From assembly GCA_963713045.1 (NCBI GenBank), contig CAVQKE010000004.1, positions 448,001 to 512,000 of the forward strand: a DNA stretch of 64,000 nucleotides, written 5' to 3'. Numbering within the stretch: the first letter of the stretch is position 1; each line of letters begins with the position of its first letter. A program made the translations under genes and the position numbers. Shown here in pieces: positions 59,418 through 64,000 of the stretch. Source of the stretch: an uncultured delta proteobacterium. GTDB lineage: Bacteria; Myxococcota; Myxococcia; Myxococcales; Myxococcaceae. The notes beneath the pieces were generated by a model. It made no database searches. It worked only from the letters and a program-made list of their open reading frames with translations, and had not been told where the DNA came from.

Positions 59418-59551
59418 CGAGCGGGCATCCCCGAGCGGGGAGATGGACATCTCAAGAGATAAACCGAGCTTAGGTTCAAGCGGGTCGACTCCAAGAGACC
59501 GGCCCTCAACGCCGTTGTCTTCACATCCAAACCGAGAGCAGAGTGGGACCC

Positions 59552-60217
59552 ATGGCGGATATGCAGACGGTTGGACTTTTCGTCGAGACACTGTCGGGCC
59601 CCGGAGTTTTGCACGAATTGACCGGCGTCGTGGCTCGACACCGGGGGGACATCACCTCGGTCGAGATCGTGGAGCAGTCGGCGGCAAGCGCGCGGGTTTC
59701 CTTCGAGGTCGCGATGCCTCCGGAATTCGTGCCGATGCTGAAACAGGAGCTCGAGGCGCTCTCTGTCGTTCGGGCCGTTGCCATCGTCCCCACATTAGGG
59801 ACCATTTACGGCAAGAGACTTATCATCATGGGAGGAGGCGCGCAGGTGGGGCAGGTCGCTCTAGGCGCCATCTCCGAGGCTGACCGTCACAACATCCGGG
59901 GCGAGCACATCTCGGTCGACACCATCCCCCTCGTCGGCGAGAAGGCGCTAGCCGAGGCGGTGCGTGCCGTGGCGCGACTTCCGAGAGCCAGCGCCTTGGT
60001 GCTCGCTGGCTCCTTGATGGGCGGCGAGATTGAACAGGCGGTGCGTGAAGTCCGAGCGCGTGGTTTGCTCGTCTTCAGCCTGAACATGGCCGGCAGCGTC
60101 CCGGATGCTGCCGATTTGGTGGTCACCGACCCAGTTCAGGCAGGCGTCATGGCCGTGATGGCAGTTGCCGACACGGCGAAGTTCACCCTGGAGCGACTCA
60201 AACGTCGGGTTTTCTGA
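59552..60217 (+). CDS. ACT plus DUF5612 (AF1403-like) domain protein
   Basis: N-terminal ACT (PGVLHELTGVVARHRGDI) and YGKR.II.GGGAQV.QVA.GAISEADRHNIRGE.ISVDTIPLVGE, which I recognise from archaeal proteins. Confidence 0.75.
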   Translation: MADMQTVGLFVETLSGPGVLHELTGVVARHRGDITSVEIVEQSAASARVSFEVAMPPEFVPMLKQELEALSVVRAVAIVPTLGTIYGKRLIIMGGGAQVGQVALGAISEADRHNIRGEHISVDTIPLVGEKALAEAVRAVARLPRASALVLAGSLMGGEIEQAVREVRARGLLVFSLNMAGSVPDAADLVVTDPVQAGVMAVMAVADTAKFTLERLKRRVF

Positions 60218-60332
60218 AGCTGGTTGGGCATGACTCGGCGGGAATTGGCTCCGGAATACGGAGGGGCCGTTGGCCTTCGCGGAGCTTGAGTCCCGGCGCC
60301 GAGGGGCATGCCGAACCCACCTCGTCTATTGC

Positions 60333-60752
60333 CTAGTACCCTTGGATGTAGCCCTGCATCTGTTCGATGAGGAACTGCTTGTCCTCTAGCATCATCTGGA
60401 TGACATCCCGCATCGAGATGATTCCTACCGGCCGACCCTCTTCTTCGACGATGAGATGTCGAGTCTCATGTTCCTTCATGCGACTCGCGCAGTCGACTTC
60501 GGTGATGGACTCCGGAATCGCAGGAAGGTCTCGCCGCATCGCCTCGCCGACGGGCGTGTCGTTTCCCAATCCGCGCGCCATCACCCGAGTCGCGAGGTCC
60601 CTTTCCGTCAACAACCCGATGACGCGCTTGTTTTGGTGCACTGCGACGGCACCAATCCGGTGCTTCGCCATGAGGGACGCGGCTTCTTGGCATGTCGCTG
60701 CCGCGTCTAGCCCGATGACGTTTCGGACGATGTACTTCTCAATGCTTGCCAT
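60333..60752 (-). CDS. CBS-pair domain protein
   Basis: M..HRIGAV.V....GLLTERDL and M.....RHL.V....VGIISMRD. GGGAGG SD. Confidence 0.9.
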   Translation of the reverse strand: MASIEKYIVRNVIGLDAAATCQEAASLMAKHRIGAVAVHQNKRVIGLLTERDLATRVMARGLGNDTPVGEAMRRDLPAIPESITEVDCASRMKEHETRHLIVEEEGRPVGIISMRDVIQMMLEDKQFLIEQMQGYIQGY

Positions 60753-60918
60753 CTGTCCATACCTCCCGCGGCCACTCACCAATGACGTGCGAACCGCTGT
60801 TGCTGGGGCAGCGACTTCCTCTGCCTTTCGCCTGTCGAAGCCTGACGCAAAGGTGTGCTCGCCTGCAAATTCCGATGGGATTGAAGTCGGGGCGCTGGGC
60901 TAGGCTTGAAGCGCATTC

Positions 60919-62301
60919 ATGGCTCATCATCAGACGATTGGAACAACACGCTACGTATTCGAGGACTTGCGAACTCTTCTTGCGCGGGCCAGTCCCTTCC
61001 GTTCAGGCGATGCGTTGGCCGGAATCAGCGCGAAGGAGGCCACCGAGCGGGTTGCCGCTCAACGAGCTCTCGCCGACGTGCCCTTAAGGAGGTTCCTGGT
61101 CGAGCCGGTTGTTCCCTATGAGGCCGACGATGTCACTCGCCTCATTCTCGACAGGCACGACCATCAAGCCTTCGCACCAGTGTCCCATCAGACGGTCGGC
61201 GAGTTTCGAGATTGGCTCTTATCGGATGCCGTCGACAGCGCCGCTCTGTCCGCTCTGGCGCCGGGGCTAACACCGGAAATGGCAGCAGCGGTGTCGAAAC
61301 TTATGCGCCTGCAGGACCTGGTCTTGGTGGCTGCGAAGTGCGAAGTCGTCACCCGCTTCCGAAGTACGGTGGGCTTGCGCGGGCGAATGTCCACGCGACT
61401 CCAACCCAACCATCCCACCGATGATTTGCAGGGGATTGCTGCCGCTATTTTAGACGGGCTCTTCCTAGGTGCCGGAGATGCCGTCATTGGAATCAACCCG
61501 GTGACCGATAGCATCGAACGCTATGTTGAACTCACGGCGCTGGTCGACCGTGTTCGCCAACACCTGGATATCCCTACCCAGTCGTGCGTCCTTGGACACG
61601 TCACGACCGCGCTCTCAGCGATCGAACGTCATGCTCCCGTAGATCTGGTTTTTCAGTCCATCGGCGGAACCGAAGGGACGAACCGCAGTTTCGGGGTGAC
61701 GCTCAGCATGCTCGCCGACGCACAACAGGCAGCGCTCGCCCTTCATCGCGGTACGGTGGGCGACCACGTTATGTATTTCGAGACGGGGCAGGGGAGTTCG
61801 CTTTCCGCCGAAGCCCACTGCGGGGTCGACCAGCAGACGCTCGAGGCCAGGGCCTATGGCGTGGCCCGCGCATATTCCCCGCTGCTGGTTAACAGCGTGG
61901 TCGGCTTCATCGGGCCGGAATACCTGGCCGACGGAAAGCAAATTGCTCGTGCCGGCCTCGAAGATCACTTCTGCGGGAAGCTTCTGGGCGTGCCGATGGG
62001 CTGTGACGTTTGCTACACGGTTCACGCGGACGCCGATCAAGATGACGTCGACGTACTGCTGACGCTGCTTGGCGTTGCAGGCTGCAACTACATCATGGGA
62101 GTGCCGGGGTCAGACGATGTGATGCTCAATTATCAGAGTACGTCATTTCACGATGCTCTTTACGTGCGCAAGGTGCTCGGCAAACGCCCGGCCCCCGAAT
62201 TTGAGGAATGGCTGGAGCGCATCGGGCTTGTCGATGGGGCCGGACACCTTCAGGAGCTCGAGCTTCCATCAGCCTTCCGACGTTTGCTGGGTGCCGTTTG
62301 A
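60919..62301 (+). CDS. eutB: Ethanolamine ammonia-lyase large subunit
   Basis: RSGD.LAG, GLTPEMAAAVSK, RLQPNHPTDD, YFETGQGS, VVGFIGPEYL, LEDHFCGKL, MLNYQSTSFHD. Confidence 0.97.
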   Translation: MAHHQTIGTTRYVFEDLRTLLARASPFRSGDALAGISAKEATERVAAQRALADVPLRRFLVEPVVPYEADDVTRLILDRHDHQAFAPVSHQTVGEFRDWLLSDAVDSAALSALAPGLTPEMAAAVSKLMRLQDLVLVAAKCEVVTRFRSTVGLRGRMSTRLQPNHPTDDLQGIAAAILDGLFLGAGDAVIGINPVTDSIERYVELTALVDRVRQHLDIPTQSCVLGHVTTALSAIERHAPVDLVFQSIGGTEGTNRSFGVTLSMLADAQQAALALHRGTVGDHVMYFETGQGSSLSAEAHCGVDQQTLEARAYGVARAYSPLLVNSVVGFIGPEYLADGKQIARAGLEDHFCGKLLGVPMGCDVCYTVHADADQDDVDVLLTLLGVAGCNYIMGVPGSDDVMLNYQSTSFHDALYVRKVLGKRPAPEFEEWLERIGLVDGAGHLQELELPSAFRRLLGAV

Positions 62302-63069
62302 CGCTGGCCAAGGACAGCTGGGCCGCGCTACGTCGCTACACACCAGCGCGCGTTGGGCTCGGTCGAACGGGTGTCTCACTGCCAACTCGGCGGCACCTCG
62401 AGCTGCAAGAATCGCTCGCCTTGGCACGCGACGCTGTCTATTCGGAATTTGAATCCAACGCCATCGCTGCTGAGCTCCGCGCTTGCGGGATGGAAGTCTT
62501 AGAATGCACATCGGCAGCTTCAGAATCGGGCCACCTATCTGCGCCGACCAGACCTTGGCCGGCGGTTGTCGCCTTCGAGTCGAACGGTTCTCGCATCTCG
62601 GGAGACCAGGGCCGTCGATCTCGGGCTGGTCGTGGCCGATGGCCTCTCAGCGACGGCTGCTCGACTTCATGCCGCGGGACTGCTCAGTGCCCTCCGTGAC
62701 TTGCTCCCGCCGGCAACGTGGCACCCGGGTCCAGTGGTGTTGGTTCAGCAGGGTAGGGTGGCCGTCGGAGATGAGATTGGGGCAATTTTTGGAGCTGATG
62801 CGGTCATCGTTCTCATTGGAGAACGGCCCGGGCTGAGCTCGATTGACTCGCTCGGAGTCTATGTCACATGGAAACCGCACATCGGCCGCCGCGACGCTGA
62901 ACGCAACTGTATTTCCAATATTAGGACGGGCGGTCTTTCTATCCCTGACGCCGCACACAGCCTGGCTTCCTTGCTGAGCGCCGCCCGGGCAAACGGCCGG
63001 ACTGGGGTCGCTCTCAGCCAGACACTTGCCTCCGGGAGGCCGCCTGACACGGCTCACCTCGAGGATTGA
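62298..63069 (+). pseudogene. eutC: Ethanolamine ammonia-lyase small subunit with a +1 frameshift near 62520
   Basis: One frame has LRRYTPARVGLGRTG...ARDAV, and the next has RATYLRRPDLGRRL, VADGLSA, GRVAVGDEIG, IGERPGL, DAERNCISNI. Confidence 0.85.
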
Positions 63070-63099
63070 CGTTGTTGGCAAGGCGCAACGCAGGCGTTT

Positions 63100-64000
63100 T
63101 CAGCTCGCCTTCGCTTTGGAGAGAAGCTCTTCCCATCGTAGGTAGAGCTGATCTACCTCCGCCGTCGCCGCAGCGAGCGCCGCGGAGGCACCCATTGCGG
63201 CGCTGGTCTCGGAGTACACCGTAGGATCAGCGAGAGCGGCTTCGTGGGCCTCCTTACGTGCTTCAGCGGCTTGGATCGAAGCTTCGATGCGCTCCAACTC
63301 GCGTTGCTCCAAATAGCCGAGTTTTCCGATTTCAGCCCTCGCGGGTCGAAGCTTCGGCCGGGGATCCGCTGGTTGGAGGTGTGACCCGGGTCGCAGAGAG
63401 AATGCCTGTTGCATTTTCAGCGTTCGGTAGAGACTGAAGTTGCCAGGGTAGGCGACCACATTTCCTTCGTCCTCGACGGCCAGAATGCGCGTCGCGACCT
63501 TGTCTAGAAAGTAGCGATCGTGCGTCACGAGTAATACCGCCCCTTGAAAGCCCAGCAGCAGGCGCTCAAGCACGTTGAGCGTCACTAGGTCGAGGTCGTT
63601 GGTGGGCTCATCCAGGACGATCAGATTGGCGCCCATCAGGAAGATTCGTGCAAGAAGCAGACGGTTCCGTTCGCCGCCCGAGAGTGCCTTGACTTGCATC
63701 CGCTGCATTGGCACCGGGAAAAGTAAATCGTCCAGGTAGTCGCGAAGCGCGACCCGGCGCCCTCCCAGGTCGACAAAGTCCTCTGCCCACGCGGCCTCGT
63801 ACACCGTTTGCTCGGGGTTTAACTCCGCCCGAGCTTGGTCGTAATAGGCGATGCGGGTGTTTTTGCCCCGAATGACCTCTCCTACGGAGGGTAGAAGCTC
63901 CCCGATGAGGAGGCGCACGAGAGTTGTCTTTCCAGCGCCATTCGCACCGACGATCCCCACACGTTCGCCACCCTGAATGATGACATCCACATCACGAAGT
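63100..64000 (-). CDS. ABC-F family ATPase (Uup-like), C-terminal part; the 5' end lies beyond the window
   Basis: GANGAGKTT, LSGGERNRL, LDEPTNDLD, VTHDRYFLD, C-terminal coiled coil ending Y.RWEEL. Confidence 0.9.
   Translation of the reverse strand, partial: LRDVDVIIQGGERVGIVGANGAGKTTLVRLLIGELLPSVGEVIRGKNTRIAYYDQARAELNPEQTVYEAAWAEDFVDLGGRRVALRDYLDDLLFPVPMQRMQVKALSGGERNRLLLARIFLMGANLIVLDEPTNDLDLVTLNVLERLLLGFQGAVLLVTHDRYFLDKVATRILAVEDEGNVVAYPGNFSLYRTLKMQQAFSLRPGSHLQPADPRPKLRPARAEIGKLGYLEQRELERIEASIQAAEARKEAHEAALADPTVYSETSAAMGASAALAAATAEVDQLYLRWEELLSKAKAS

Noticed and set aside
60846..60857. ANTAR-like hairpin (CGC-AAAGGT-GTG) upstream of eutB
   Set aside because: Only one weak 3-bp hairpin is present. 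The required second hairpin and an ANTAR regulator were not found.
60783..60918. Cobalamin riboswitch before eutB
   Set aside because: The region is short and I found no B12-box or other conserved core.

Overview
A 64-kb, very GC-rich bacterial chromosomal segment with nearly all genes on the + strand. A TIGR02266-type PilZ protein, an AgmX/PglI C-terminal-domain protein and TPR-cNMP proteins point to a myxobacterium (Myxococcota; inference). The housekeeping backbone runs amidase-glnD-KGG stress protein-Sua5/YrdC-xerD-trpS-scpA-scpB-rluB-rtcA-sppA-apbC-hbd/crt/acyl-CoA dehydrogenases-rpsA-thiolase-scoAB-PilZ-RlmD-like-VWA-miaB-guaB-guaA. It is interrupted by accessory blocks at about 24-29.6 kb, 38.5-46.6 kb and 53.6-63 kb. 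No rRNA, tRNA, CRISPR array, integrase or transposase was recognised. Main observations: (1) by manual scan there is no GATC in the first 38.4 kb, then a rising density of sites together with relaxed codon bias; (2) an OprI/Lpp-like lipoprotein ending in Lys lies convergent with an L,D-transpeptidase; (3) two tandem lipoproteins combine a His-less Vgb-like 7-blade propeller with an unrecognised, repeated two-Cys domain of about 95 aa; (4) RluB carries a roughly 350-aa RGG/aromatic repeat tail; (5) an archaeal-type ACT/DUF5612 protein lies near eutBC; (6) there is a YUCCA-like monooxygenase and an ACE-like gluzincin; (7) three single-base frameshifts may be sequencing errors. All calls come from reading motifs by eye. 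No database search was run, and many start codons are my choice rather than the ORF track's.
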